Origin: Rhodosorus marinus CCMP1338
Lineage: Eukaryota > Plantae > Rhodophyta
NCBI GenBank assembly: GCA_029953675.1
Contig: JAMWBK010000008.1
Coordinates: forward strand, 1,550,001 to 1,614,000
Length of the DNA: 64,000 nt
Direction of reading: 5' to 3'
Both the position numbers and the translations under genes were made by a program. Numbering within the stretch: position 1 is the first letter of the stretch; the number at the start of each line of letters is the position of its first letter. The notes below the pieces were generated by a model. The model did not search any database, was not told the origin of the DNA, and saw only the letters and a program-made list of their open reading frames with translations. Shown here piece by piece: positions 12,684 through 24,578 of this stretch.

Positions 12684-14479
12684 ATGTCTAAGGAAGCGGG
12701 GGAATACAAAAACCTAGGCAACGATGCCTACGCATCTGGACGGCATACTCATGCTATTGCTTATTATACGACCGCGATAGAGCTGGATCCGACCAACGCG
12801 GCTTTGTTTAGCAACAGGTGAGTAATCGATGTCCCAGTAACCGCTTTTGGGGTGTTCCTTGTTTTTTTGGGGGGATTGGAAGTCAAGGGGAAGGATTTGA
12901 ACTAAGCTGGTCGACTTATTCGCGCTGGCTACCTGAAATCGTGTAGAGCTGCGGCGTACACGAAGATTGAGGAGTTCCAAAAAGCGAAATATGACGCCGA
13001 TATGTGCATTGAGCTGCGACCGGAGTGGCCCAAGGTGAGGAAAGCTTGCTCTTGTTGTGATAGGCAATTTCCATAAGAAGCTATTGAGCAAACGGAAGCC
13101 GGTTATAGTTGTTCCACGTGTTGGTCAGTAAATGCTTCGTGAGACCACTGACAAGCCCTTTTTGCGTTTGCTTGTCAAGGGGTACTGGAGAAAGGGTACA
13201 GCGGAAATCGAGGCTCAGGAGTACAAGCAAGCTGTGGCTACGTTTGAAAAAGGACTCGAGCGCAGTCCAACGGATCAAAACTGTACGTCGCTGGTTCTGA
13301 TCAACCGCACGGTTGGAGCCTTGTGGGTTTCAATTCTTGCTTAGCTTTTCTAGACTACTTTGTTTTCTCTTAGTGGTGGACGGGAAGAGGAAGGCTCTGC
13401 AGATGGCTGCAGTAGTGGATAATATTGTTGGACAGGAGTATGGAGAGTTCGACATCGATGCCCCGGCTCCCAATCCCAATCCTGTCCCAGAACCTGCTGC
13501 TGCGGCAAGGGAAGCGGACATAACCGATGCCCAGCCAACAGCAGCACCAGCGAATGACGGACCATGGCCGGGAACCATGGAAGAAGAGGTTGAACGGATC
13601 AACAAAGCAACCGACCGTAAGTTTCTGAGAAAGATTTGTAGCTTGCGGTTGCATTTCCCTTCGAAGTGCAGTCCTGACCAAGTTCTGTGTTTTCAAGAGC
13701 AGATTACAGCATTCTCCATGTTCCGCAGGACGCAAGTCCTGAGCAGCTGAGGAAGAACTACCACACCCTCGCGAAGATGCTTCACCCGGACAAGTGCAAG
13801 CTGCCCAGAGGCGAGGAGGCGATGAAAAATTTGTCGATTGCCTACGGGACACTGAACAACGATGTCAAGCGGAAAAACTATGACGCGGTAAGTGGACAAA
13901 CAGCCACTAGGAAGATCCAGGCTCTGCCAAGGAACAGAACGACATGCGGGCAATCGATGCCTCAACGGGGTTTGCTGCAAGTCGAAACCGTTTAACGTGC
14001 TCAGGAAGGCTATTTTTCTATCGCTTGTGTAGTACATGGAAGCTAGGAAGGATAACGGTGGAAACGGCGAAACATTTGCCGAATGGGATCATCGACGGCA
14101 GGAGACAAACCTTCCACCGTGGCTCCTGAAGATGCAGCAGTACCGAGGATGCGCGCTCGTTGTCGTTATCCTTTTGCTGATCATCCTGATTCCCTTAGTA
14201 TTGCTAATCGTGCTGATTGCGCTTATTTTTTATTTCATCTGCGTGTTTCCGAGGGTGAGTTTTCCCCCCCCTTCATCTTCCTAGGCCAGATTGTTTTGCA
14301 AGGTATCTGATTCGCAGGTGTCACACACATATGCCCTTCTTTTTACGCAGGAATGCGTGCTTCGTTGCTGCTTCCCGCAACAATGGGAAGAGTACAAGGT
14401 ACGGAAAGAAGAGGAACAGCGAAAGGCACGACAAAGGATGGACGAGGAAATGCAAGACGCGCTTCATCGCAACGTGTGA
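12684..14479 (+). CDS. TPR(x3) + J-domain + transmembrane co-chaperone, ~367 aa, 7 exons
   Basis: Exons 12684-12817, 12947-13034, 13180-13282, 13374-13616, 13703-13887, 14033-14254, 14351-14479 join in frame (1104 nt) with GT-AG sites. STI1-like TPRs (KNLGNDAY, LFSNRAAAY, WPKGYWRKG), J-domain HYSILHV...LHPDK, long hydrophobic stretch ALVVVILLLIILIPLVLLIVLIALIFYFICVF. Confidence 0.85.
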
Positions 14480-15975
14480 TGGTTTAATAGGATATGACGT
14501 TTCGCAGAGCCGTGGACTGCTGGTCTTGATGAGTCTTTAGAGTTTATTGGGTCATAGGCCCTCGGCTTTCGATCGATTCCCCAAGTCGATCTGAACCGTT
14601 GGGAATCTTCATGCCCGGTTGTGTATTGCTGGACCCATGAAAAGAGCGGGAGTTTCCATGTGATGCGCGCTGCTGAAGCCGGACCCCGGAATGCAGACCT
14701 GATCGGCTTTGGAAGACAAAACAGAATTTTTCTTGTGGAACCCAGTCTGTCAAGGAGCCTCTCCTTATCGTTGTTAGACTGAGATTTACCCAAGAGTAAA
14801 AAGGTATCAGCGGATATACATGAGCGTCCTTGGCGGAGTTCCGACACCTTTGGGGGACGAGGTTCAGCAGCACACGACTGCGAACTTCGTCAAGTGATCA
14901 CCCCAGAGTGGTACGGAAGCTGTTAAGCGTGGCACGGCTTCCGGGCCGAGTTTTTCTTCTTTGGCTTCACCAGCGGGCAATTTGGCTGGGTCAATTCTAA
15001 CCAACCCAGCTCCTTGTGAGCTGTCCAAAAAAATGCGCCAAGCTTCCTAAAGTGGTTTCGATCCTCGGCAAAGGGGGTTGGTTCATGCAAGTCACCGCTC
15101 GTCGCATCCACGAAGCGTCCTCTAGCCAATTCACAGTCGCCATCTTGACTGCTGTGTTCGTCAACTAGCCCTCTGCGTAAGTCCAGCACTCCGTTACCTT
15201 TAAGAACAACACGTCCCAGACCCCTCCTCTCCCGACCTCAATGAGAATCGTGCCTCCATAACCCGCAGCGACTCTGCCACGGATCGAGAGCGACCCGTCA
15301 AAACGGCATCGTCATGTTGGGCAAAACTGAAGAACGAAACAAGGGTCTAAATTACTCGGGTGGATGTCTCTTGTTCGCCAAGACTTTAGCAAGCTAGTGA
15401 GGACAATCCTGGAGAATCGTGTTGGGACTCCGGAGAGAAAGTCGTGTTTGATCCATTCCATTTGAGAGAGTTGGTGCGAAGATGGTACCGGTGGTGTCGG
15501 AGAGGGTCTAGTTGTTGCCAGGTGGAGGTGTCTTCTTCCAGGGACTGAAGGAAGGCGGCTGTTTCTTGTTGCTTAAAAGACTTTAGAAGCTGGTGAAGAG
15601 CATCCGAAGGAATTGTCTTGGACTGGAGAGCATTTCTGTAGAGTTTACTCAGGAGACGTCGTACTAACCGGTGAAGAGTATTCGCATCTGAGAGTCTCAC
15701 CAGGTTATACGTCTTTTTCAATAGGTTTGGTGAGTGGAGGCGGGAAGGAGACGGTTGTGAGTCTATTGCTGTTGGAGGCGAAAGGTGTCTTCTTTAGAGA
15801 TGTCGAGGGTGGGATTTCAATGAGCTTTCGATGAGATGGAGGAAACAGTTGCTAGAAGCGATTAGGGGAAAATCAAAAAGAGGCATTTTATAGGGTTTCA
15901 GAACCTGTTTTTTCTTGTTTCAGGTTCCGAGGGACTTGAGGGTTGAGGGAACGGTGGGGAAAGGATTAGTAGCAG

Positions 15976-17648
15976 ATGGAGGACGGAGGTGATGGTCGTA
16001 GACAAGTGTATGATCATGACTTAATTGCTCGTCAATTCGCAAGAATTTATTATCGAGTTTTGAGCGGTCGTCCAGTGGACTTGCATCGGTTTTACAAGCA
16101 GCATAGCCTTAGCTCATTTGCGGATGGACCAGAGGAGCCGGCTATTGTTCTTGAAGGTGTGTTTGTACAAAAAACTCGTAGAAAAAAACGCTTCACATTG
16201 GGTTCCCTGGCGCGGCTTGGAAACAATAATCAGTCGCCCCACGAAAGCCTGACTCCCTCTGGGTGATCATTATTCCTCTGACAGGCGATCGGGAGATCCA
16301 AGACAACCCGCGCACGAACTTTCACGGCTATGCGGTGCAGGTAGTCTCCATCGACAGTCAATGGAGCGACGAAAGAGCGCTGGCGCTGCTTGTCCACGGC
16401 AAGATGCATCGTGGAGCCGATGACAGCGTTGGCCGTAGCTTTGTCCATAGCTTTGGTCTCAGTCCGCAGACACATGGGTAATCAATGTCGGGTTCTTCTG
16501 ATGCAACCCTCTCCAAAAGTGTCAACCTTTAGGTTTAGATCTCCCCTACCGTTTAAGCACTGAACTCGATGCGTTTCATATGGCAGCTGGTACGTCCGAA
16601 ATGACATGTTCCGGTTTCTCGAAAACGAAGAGGAAGTTGTCAACGAAGCGATGATGTTGGAGACCGTATCTCCGAGTCAGAGTATGGGAACGTTGGGGAC
16701 CCCTCGAGGAGATGAGAACCAGGATATGGAGTCCGACATCACTGTTGGAGCCGACGCGATTCCCTTGATGGCCGAGGCCAACCTCCGGGAAGATTCCAAC
16801 ATCCTCCAGGCTGCGCCTATCGACCACGCTGACCTGGAATCATCAGCGAATGAAGCGGCTCAGGCTGAACATGATCCAATGGTACAAACCCCAACAAGGA
16901 CAACAGAGTGCAAACCCTCCAACTAACCCGGACTTTGACCTCCACTCCCGACCCAACTGAGCAGGATGAATCTGTTAGCGATATCGTTCCTGTGAGCGGA
17001 TCTGGATCTGGGTCTGGATCTGGGTCTGGATCTGGAGAACCTCCTAGGTTGGCTTCCTCTAGCCAAAACGTACCTCCGCGAGCTCCCAATACAAATCAGA
17101 ATTCCGCAAAAGCATCCTACGCTTCGGTGGTGGCAAAGATACGACTGGATGCCATTGGGTCACAGCATTCGGACCAAGTTTCGACGACCTCCGGCGGCAT
17201 GCAGGAGTCTCAAAGGACGGATTCAGGAGATTTCTCCACAGGCGATGAGGGCGGAGGCGTACCTATCATCAACGTCCATGGGCTATATATCAATCAGCTT
17301 CCCAGCTCCCGTCAGACACCACTATCAACCCTGGCGTCCATCCTGCGACTCGAATTCGAGAGGTACGGTAGGGTGAAGAACCTGGACATGAGGATCTCAC
17401 GAGGCTACGCGTTCCTAGACTACGAATCCGAAAATTCCGTCAACGCCGCGATCGAAGCATGGCGCAATGGACCGCCTACTTTAACGGACAAGACCCTGAG
17501 GAATATCAGAGTGCAGGCCAGAAGGCCTCCTCCCACGTCAAGACATGGCAGCACAAGTCGCATCACAGATCATCGCTCGCAAACATCCTCTGTACAAGGT
17601 AATCTATCGCCGGAACCCCCTGCTCGAGGTTATCACCATCCAGCGTAG
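15976..17648 (+). CDS. NTF2-like + acidic linker + RRM protein (G3BP/Rasputin-like); 3' end may extend to an RG/S-rich exon ending 18114
   Basis: NTF2 motifs IARQFARIYYRVL...LHRFY, FVHSFGL, WYVRNDMFRFL across introns; RRM LYINQLP...FERYGRVK...RGYAFLDY. Confidence 0.85.
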
Positions 17649-18220
17649 ATCAGCGTCTGCCTTGCCTTCTGTGACCAGACCCGTGGCCGGCATCTTCCCC
17701 TAAGATAAGAGTTGAGTACTCCGTGCCAGCGGAGCAGCGAGTACTCAACCTTTGGGGCGTCTCCGACTTCATTTCATTCTGTGTAGAGGCGGAGCGATCT
17801 ATTGATGGCTCTGCGTCGTACAGGACGAGCTCTCGGTTTTTGAGATATCCAGCTGATGTGGTTCGTCTCGATGACGACATCGGGCCGCAATGGAATGGAT
17901 TTGGGCTTGTTGCGCTTACTATGTGCTGGTTCGGGGGAGTTGCTTATGGCAGTGGACTGATGGACCCTTTCTTGTACATCCAGGACGACGGAATGTGAGG
18001 TCAGCGAACGCAAAGGCTGGTGGTGGAAGTGGAGGGCCAGGAAGTAGTCGGAGCCGAGATCCATCGAGGAAGGGTCCGGGTCGAACAGTCAAGAGGCAGA
18101 ACGAAGGAGAATGAGACCCGGAAGACAGCAGCATTTTGGTCTTTCGCGTTTCTTTTTTTCGTTGCCTTTTGGAGCACGCGTGAGAGATTCCACTTGGATG
18201 GCTGGTTGTGAGGTGGTAGA

Positions 18221-19130
18221 TCACATTTTTTTGCGGAACCGGAGAGCACATCGGGCGTTGGAGGCAGCTCGTGTGCTCGTCGTCCTCAAGTCAGAGTTGC
18301 ATGCACTCCCAGTTCCGATCGGGTGTACTACCAGCACGAACGATTGCTCTGGATTGAAGCGGACGAGAACACAGCATAGATAGCTGGTGAAGTTCTTTCC
18401 ATGTATTGCCTTGAGGGTTTGCCCTGTATGTACGAAGATAAAAGAAGAAAACCTTTCATCTACCATTGTGAGTAGGTTCACGGCAAGGACGGTCGGTGAA
18501 GGATTGCATTCGCGTTCAACGATCCAGTTGTTTCGTCTATGTAATCGAGATTGAAAGTGCATGACGTTCATTTGCTTTATATCATGAAGATAAGAACGGG
18601 ATCGTCCCCGTCGCCTTCCACCATTATCATCAGGTCGTTCCGGACAGTCTGACATCAACACCTTTCACCGAGAAAAAGCTTTCTCTGTCACTAGCGGACA
18701 GGAAAAGCGCGTTTTTGACGTAGAGAGTGACGGCGTATCCCTTCATTCTCCAGTGACGCAAAACCTCCCCATCGACATTGGACTACCTACTTTTTAAGTA
18801 CAAAAAATCAAGGTGTGCGCGGAAGGGGTTTCTCGCGTCACGCGGATTGATGGCAAACGCCAAGAGAAGGGAAAATTGTTTCCAAAAAACAAAATGCTGA
18901 GGTGGGCGTTCAACGTCGGCGACCAAGACGTGAGACTTTGGTCGTTCGGAGTCTAACGTCACCTCAAAAAAAGGGACAGCAAAAAGGTCCTTCTTGCCCG
19001 CTCCTGAGTGGGAGGGGTATACAAGGGAGTCCGTTGACGCAAACGGCTGGGGTTGCTTGAAGACGAGGGAAGGATAGAAGCGATCATATTCTTCCTGTTC
19101 TAGATTCATCATCATCATGCGCTTCTTCAC
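18221..19130 (-). CDS. Possible spliced hypothetical protein
   Basis: Two same-strand ORFs (18783-19130, 18221-18661) with intron-like GT...AG segments. No family recognised. Confidence 0.25.
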
Positions 19131-19475
19131 AGCGTATCACCCTAAGGAGCATAAAGGGAGACGCTCATGACGCGCGTCCAAACAACGAAGCAGCGATAGA
19201 GCATCAGGAAACCAGAGCGTCAAAGACAACTCCGAGTTGAGGCTGTCAAGATGGGCCGGGGGCTACGGAAGGCACGCAGAAGTCAACGAGCAGCTCGATA
19301 ATGAGCGCTACAAACCGATGAGACACCGCCGAAAGATTACGTGGATAAGCTCTCTTGGGGTTTGTGTTTTACTTGTTAACGGCGGAACAAGGTTAGTTCC
19401 TAGGGGAGATTGTCTGGGCCTTCGTAGGCCACCGGAGAATCCGAAGAAATTAGATTTTTCTTTACAAAGGTGGCT

Positions 19476-20472
19476 TCAAGCAATGAGTCTTTTCGGCCAG
19501 AGGTTGTAGCTCTGAATTAGTGAGGACAGGACGCCGCAAGCACCGACCAGCCCGGTAGAAAGAGGGGTTGTTCTTGATAGACTTATGGCAATAATGTCGT
19601 CGCACAGGAACCTAATGCACAAGGAATGGTCAAGTCAGCGTCCTCGAACTATTCGGAGCGAATTGAGTGCCGGCGGCGAGAAAGCAGGATTTGTTCGGAG
19701 TCTGAATCTAGCTCGTGAGAACGTTCTTGGCCAAATTTGCTTACCTAATTGTAGATAGCAAAAGTGCCTTCTTCTTGCGAAGCAGTCTTGTTCGATCTGC
19801 GTCTTGGGGCTTCTCCGTGTATACTCGATAGAGACGGAGGCAGGATGCGCTAAGGCTCGATGTCGCGCTGAGCACCCAGCATTTTGCTGCCCTGCTCATC
19901 TGTAGAGAGGGAGGGGAAAGCTCTTCATTAGGCACGGAAGCTTGACCGGTGACGTTTCAAACACAAGGAGCATGACCGCTACTGCATTGACCTTGGGACT
20001 GTGGTAAACCTACCATACGATTCCGGTCTCCCTTAACAAGGCCTGCCCGAATACAGAATGTAATGTTGTCCAGAATGAAGAAGCAGAAGATTCCTAGATC
20101 TGCAAGTGCGGCAAGAGCCTCGAGAAGCGGACCCTCGTCCTGGGTCATCTTGTGCTGCTTCGATATGATATTTACCCATTTTCCAAGCCTGAAAGCCTAC
20201 AGATACGCACACGAAATATAATCAGGTTCCACCTCACGAGGTCCGACGTAGAACAGATGAGGTTCTTAACTCACCTGCCGCGCAAGCGACAGCGCGGACT
20301 CGAGCTGTAGAAATCGCGCCACCACCCCTGCGTCCGTGTGCATCCGAGCGATCTTGCACGCATACTGAACAGTTCTCAACGCCTTGTCCCGCCCATCTGT
20401 CTCACTCAGGTGCGTCGTCCACGCCTTCGAGCTCATCAATGCGGACCACTTGGTCCCGTCACAGCTCGACAT
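19476..20472 (-). CDS. PEX11: Peroxisomal biogenesis factor 11 (4 exons)
   Basis: DGRDKALRTVQYACK...LESALSLARQ/AFRLGKW...FFILDNI...CWVLS...GLVGACGVLSSLIQSYNLWP. Exons join via GT-AG introns; stop at 19476. Confidence 0.9.
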
Positions 20473-21004
20473 TGAAGCCCGCCACCCCTATCCACTCAAC
20501 CCACCTCCTTCAATAACCAGCGCAAGCAAACCAACAAAATATATAAGCGCTTTTCCTTCCAAAAACTAAACCATCCACATTCTCTCCGTCTCAACACATA
20601 CAGCTGCTCCCTTCCATTCTCCCCCTCCCCGGAAACCCTATCTTCCATTCCCCCCCGCCAAATGCAAATGTCCCAAACTTTCACTTCCACCTCCCCAAAG
20701 TCCACCACCTACCATCAGCGTTTACTAAAACTAGCTTACAATATTCATAATTAAGAATTCTATGTTTCCATAAATTCACCAAAATATATCCTATTGTGAA
20801 ATAATTGGGCTAACTTGGTTTAGATAAAGATATGTTTAGATCATATTAGATATTTATTTGGTAATATACTATCTTAAATTTGAATGTGTTGGGGTCTTGT
20901 TTTGTTTTTGCTCGTCTCACGGATGTGATGGCTGGGTGCGAGTTCTGTATTTTGGCGGCTTGTCGGAGGTAATTTTGTGTAGTATCTTCCATAAGATACG
21001 ACTG

Positions 21005-21873
21005 ATGAGCGTAACAGCAAAGGGGTGCTCGTTGGGTGGTCTGAGAGGCGGTCGAAGAACGGACGCTGAGTCCAACGATGTTTTGGACGGTCTGCTGGAA
21101 ATACGATCGCAAGCATCTCAAATGCACTACCCCCGCCCCGCCCCCCCCACCCCAACCACAACAGAGCATCCCGATGGCTGTCTTTCGTCTTTGTTTAGAG
21201 GATGCCTTAGCGTTGGCTTAGATAAGAGGACACAGAAGGCGCTGCCAGAGCTTAAAAACCTCCAGCGGTAAGACACCAGAGGCGCCAGGCTCAACGTTAC
21301 TTATTAAACTAGCCACGAGCTGCTGAAGTACTCGATAGAGAGCTAATAGAAGGCCCAAAACACCACCAAATCTCGCGACCCAACACTCCAAACACTGAGG
21401 CAGCAAAGCCGCAGCCAAGCCAGCCCCCGCCACTACACAGCCCGCGTGAGTTGTAGATCGTGACCATTATTCGAGGGCTAGCAACCCCGAGAGAGCCAGA
21501 ACTCCACTCGACACGAGGAACGAGCCTCAGGGATACGAACTCCGCCACAAGACTAACCAAGAAGAGATCAGAAGCGCGACCAAACGCTCAACTTGATCCC
21601 CAAAAGCACTCACACAACCAGAGGAATCAGCGCCGTCCAGCTCTGGTCTCTCGTCCATCGCACCGAACGCAACCTCTCCAAACCCGTGCCTCCCCCGATA
21701 ATACCCACAGCTCTCTTCAAATAACGTCCCCGCGCTTATCGCTCAGCCTACCTCGAACGTCTGAATACGATCATCCTCATCAGCTTCAGACACCCTTCAC
21801 CGCCCAACCACGAGCTCGCCTCCACGCCATAACAAATCTCGTTCCTAATCCGAACTCGCTCCGGCTGTGCTAA
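21005..21873 (+). CDS. Possible low-complexity hypothetical protein
   Basis: ORFs 20858-21271 and 21460-21873 with canonical donors (gtaaga, gtgagt) between them. The exon join is ambiguous. Confidence 0.25.
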
Positions 21874-22117
21874 AATAGAATGTGGAGCTTAAGCTCCCAG
21901 GTCTTGCAATTACATACAGTGCCTCCCTCCGGCAGGGATCTGTTGGGAGGGAGTTCCCGGTGGAGGTACTATAGCAAGTCGAGATATTTCTGAGCATGGC
22001 TCATAGATTGAGCTTTGGTTGCTGAAGAAAGTGTTCAAGAGGGGCGTTGGGGACGAGGAGCGGTGAAGATCGAGGGGCTGAAACTGGGTTTGGAAACGGA
22101 GGGGTTTTGTGACGGAG

Positions 22118-23111
22118 ATGAGGTGGTGTTTGATATCGTTGGTTGTGCTGGTTTTGGTGGGGTCGGGGTGCGGGAAGCCTGACCTTGTGCCATTGCTGAG
22201 CGATGAGGGGATGAAGCTTTTAGATGGGAGCGGTGGGTCCGGACGGGAGTATGTGGAGCTGTCTGCGAATCTTCAGACGCAGGTGAACCAAGCGTTTTGC
22301 GGTGTGGCGACGACCGCGACGTTGCTGAATATGTTGGAGGTCAGGAACAGGCCAGTCGACGAGTCTTATGAGCCGTACCAGTTCTTCACTCAAAAGGATA
22401 TCTTCGAGGTGGATTGTGTTCGCGCAGTCAACGCCCATGGAAATCCTTCCGGCATGGACTACGATTACGTACTGCACCATGGGCTCAGTCTCGAACAAGT
22501 CGCGGGTATGCTCGCCTGTTTTGCCAACGTGACTGTCTACAGACCTTCATCATTCAGTGTCCACGCTTTCCGTGAGACTGTCAAGGACTCCCTCCAAAAA
22601 GGCGCTGGCATTGCCGTCAATGTAGATCGGTACACCCTACAACAGGTCGGCGGTGGACACTTCAGTCCCATCGCAGCTTTCAATGAAAAACTTGACATGA
22701 TGCTCTTCATGGACGTGGCGAGGTAGACAAGCTGATCATTCAGTGATGACACCGAGCCAGTAAAAACTAACCACTCCAGATGATGATTGCGTCAGGTACA
22801 AATACTCTCCAGCATGGATCCCGGTAAAGAACCTCTACGATGCGATGAACACTGTTGACCCTAGTGAAGACGCTGAGCGCGGGTGGATCGTAGCTCAACG
22901 TCCTCCCAATGCCAAGCCGAAGAAGGTCGTAGGGCAGCTCGACTTGAGTGAGGGAGCAGCATCAGTGGGCGGTGAGTTCGATGCTGGGCAGCGACGGCCT
23001 GGGTTCGTACCGATTCTGGTTGGCCCGACAATCGCTGTCGTGCTGGTGGCCTCAGTAGCGGCGGCTATGCGAAAGCGGAGGCAGGTGTACAGGGAGATTG
23101 ACAACATCTGA
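22118..23111 (+). CDS. Phytochelatin-synthase-family (papain-fold) protein with N-terminal signal peptide and C-terminal TM anchor, 306 aa
   Basis: Exons 22118-22722 and 22796-23111 join in frame. Catalytic motifs QVNQAFCG (Cys), GGGHFSPIAAF (His), FMDVARYKY (Asp), then RGWIV. N-terminus MRWCLISLVVLVLVGSGC; C-terminal ILVGPTIAVVLVASVAAAM followed by RKRR. Confidence 0.9.
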
Positions 23112-23379
23112 CGACAGGGTATCAGTATCGGGGACGCCGACCCGCAGGGCATTTCGTGTTTCGAGGATGGACTGACGAATAGTAGCAATTCCTGGAGTCT
23201 TGAAACCCTCCAGACGTTTCCTATAAGTGATCAACAGGAGCGGTAAGCCCTCTGCGACGATCCGTTTCCAGTGGAGATATATCTACTTGTCGCAGAAGCT
23301 GGCGTTCTGGTTTTAGTCGTTCGCTCGAGAAATGTCATGAAGTTGATTCTGTTAGGCTTGTTTTGGTGTGCCTACAAAG

Positions 23380-23524
23380 GAAACGATCTGTAGAGAAAAT
23401 TCGAATGTTCGGATGGCCTCGTATCTATCTTTCTTGGAGCGCGTGCACGGGTCCAACTACTTAGAAACAATCTGTAAAGACAATTCTAATATCCGGATGG
23501 CCTCGTATCCTGCTTTCTTGGAGA
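23380..23524. repeat. Diverged direct repeat, ~60 bp, period 84 bp
   Basis: gaaacgatctgtagagaaaattcgaatgttcggatggcctcgtatctatctttcttggag vs gaaacaatctgtaaagacaattctaatatccggatggcctcgtatcctgctttcttggag. Confidence 0.85.
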
Positions 23525-23555
23525 GCTCGGTCCTGAAGAGCGAAGGACTTTTCGT

Positions 23556-24383
23556 TCACCAGTTCCGTAGGGCTGAGTCAGATCGCTTCGCGATGGGGTT
23601 GTCCTCGATATATTCCCGAAGAGGGAGTACATTCGTTTTTTCAAACCGTTCCAAGAGGCGTGAGGGTACCCTTGCCAGCAGTGCTGGGCCTCGTGCACCT
23701 ACTCGAAGAAAGCTTCCAGTCCGTGGTCCGAGGTTGCAGTGATGCATGTGCTTGCGGATAATCGCAGTCTCCTTGACAGTATAAGAACAAAACGGGCAAC
23801 TAGGTATTTGGGCAAGGTAGTTCATTGCGAGCAGGGGATGGAGCTCCAGCTTGGAGCCGGACTGCAGCACCTCTATTGCCTCCTCCAGATCTAAAAGATA
23901 GCGAGTAGCGAATTTGTTAAAATCTCGTGTTGAGGCCGTCCTGCCGGACAAGTCCGTTGAGAAAAGGTGCACTTGCAACTGCTCAAAAAGTGACGCCATG
24001 TGGAACCCAACGCGAAAAGTAGTGGCCCCCGCACTTGGCTCTTCGCGAACGATGTTGGCCGAAATCTCCCTCGCGAGCTGTAGAATTTCATGGAGTAGCG
24101 GCAGGTCCTGAACGCCAAGCTCCTCGGGACCGGCGATATGACTCCGGGGAACTATCGAAACATGAAAACGGGAAGCCGGTCTCTGCTGATATAGTACAGC
24201 AAATCTCCGATCCTTGTGATAGTACACCTTCGGTGAAAAGCATCCTGGCGTCATCGCCGCATACGTCAACATATGCTCCGCAGGAACGAGATATTTGTGC
24301 AACCATCTGAACGACGCCCTACTCGGTTGCACATACCGCTGGAACGCTCCTGAGCAGTTGATTCGTACGGAGCCCAGCTTCAT
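23556..24383 (-). CDS. Aprataxin-like HIT + Zn-finger protein with degenerate HIT motif
   Basis: Colinear with the APTX core: YHKDRRFAVLYQQRPASRFHVSIVPR; FRVGFH; QLQVHLFSTDL (APTX HVHLHVISQDF); FNKFATRYLLD; CPFC...IRKHMHHC. Confidence 0.8.
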   Translation of the reverse strand: MKLGSVRINCSGAFQRYVQPSRASFRWLHKYLVPAEHMLTYAAMTPGCFSPKVYYHKDRRFAVLYQQRPASRFHVSIVPRSHIAGPEELGVQDLPLLHEILQLAREISANIVREEPSAGATTFRVGFHMASLFEQLQVHLFSTDLSGRTASTRDFNKFATRYLLDLEEAIEVLQSGSKLELHPLLAMNYLAQIPSCPFCSYTVKETAIIRKHMHHCNLGPRTGSFLRVGARGPALLARVPSRLLERFEKTNVLPLREYIEDNPIAKRSDSALRNW

Positions 24384-24578
24384 CCTGATTCAAGGCTTTC
24401 ATAAACCTCATGAAAATAGGAGAGCTATCTCGTTCAATAGCAACAAGAGAAAAAAACAGCTCGAGTTGCAAACTTCAGGAGATAGATCCTCCTCCTGTTC
24501 TACCATGCTCGTCTCGGAGTCCACCCCCCCCACTTCATCGTCAACAGCTCACTTATATACACATGTTGTTGGTATTCT

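Noticed and set aside
14923-15830. Possible minus-strand spliced gene with an in-frame TGA (CPT*RC at 15312-15314) suggesting selenocysteine
   Set aside because: The exon structure is ambiguous, another frame is open through the site, and no SECIS or known selenoprotein fold could be identified.
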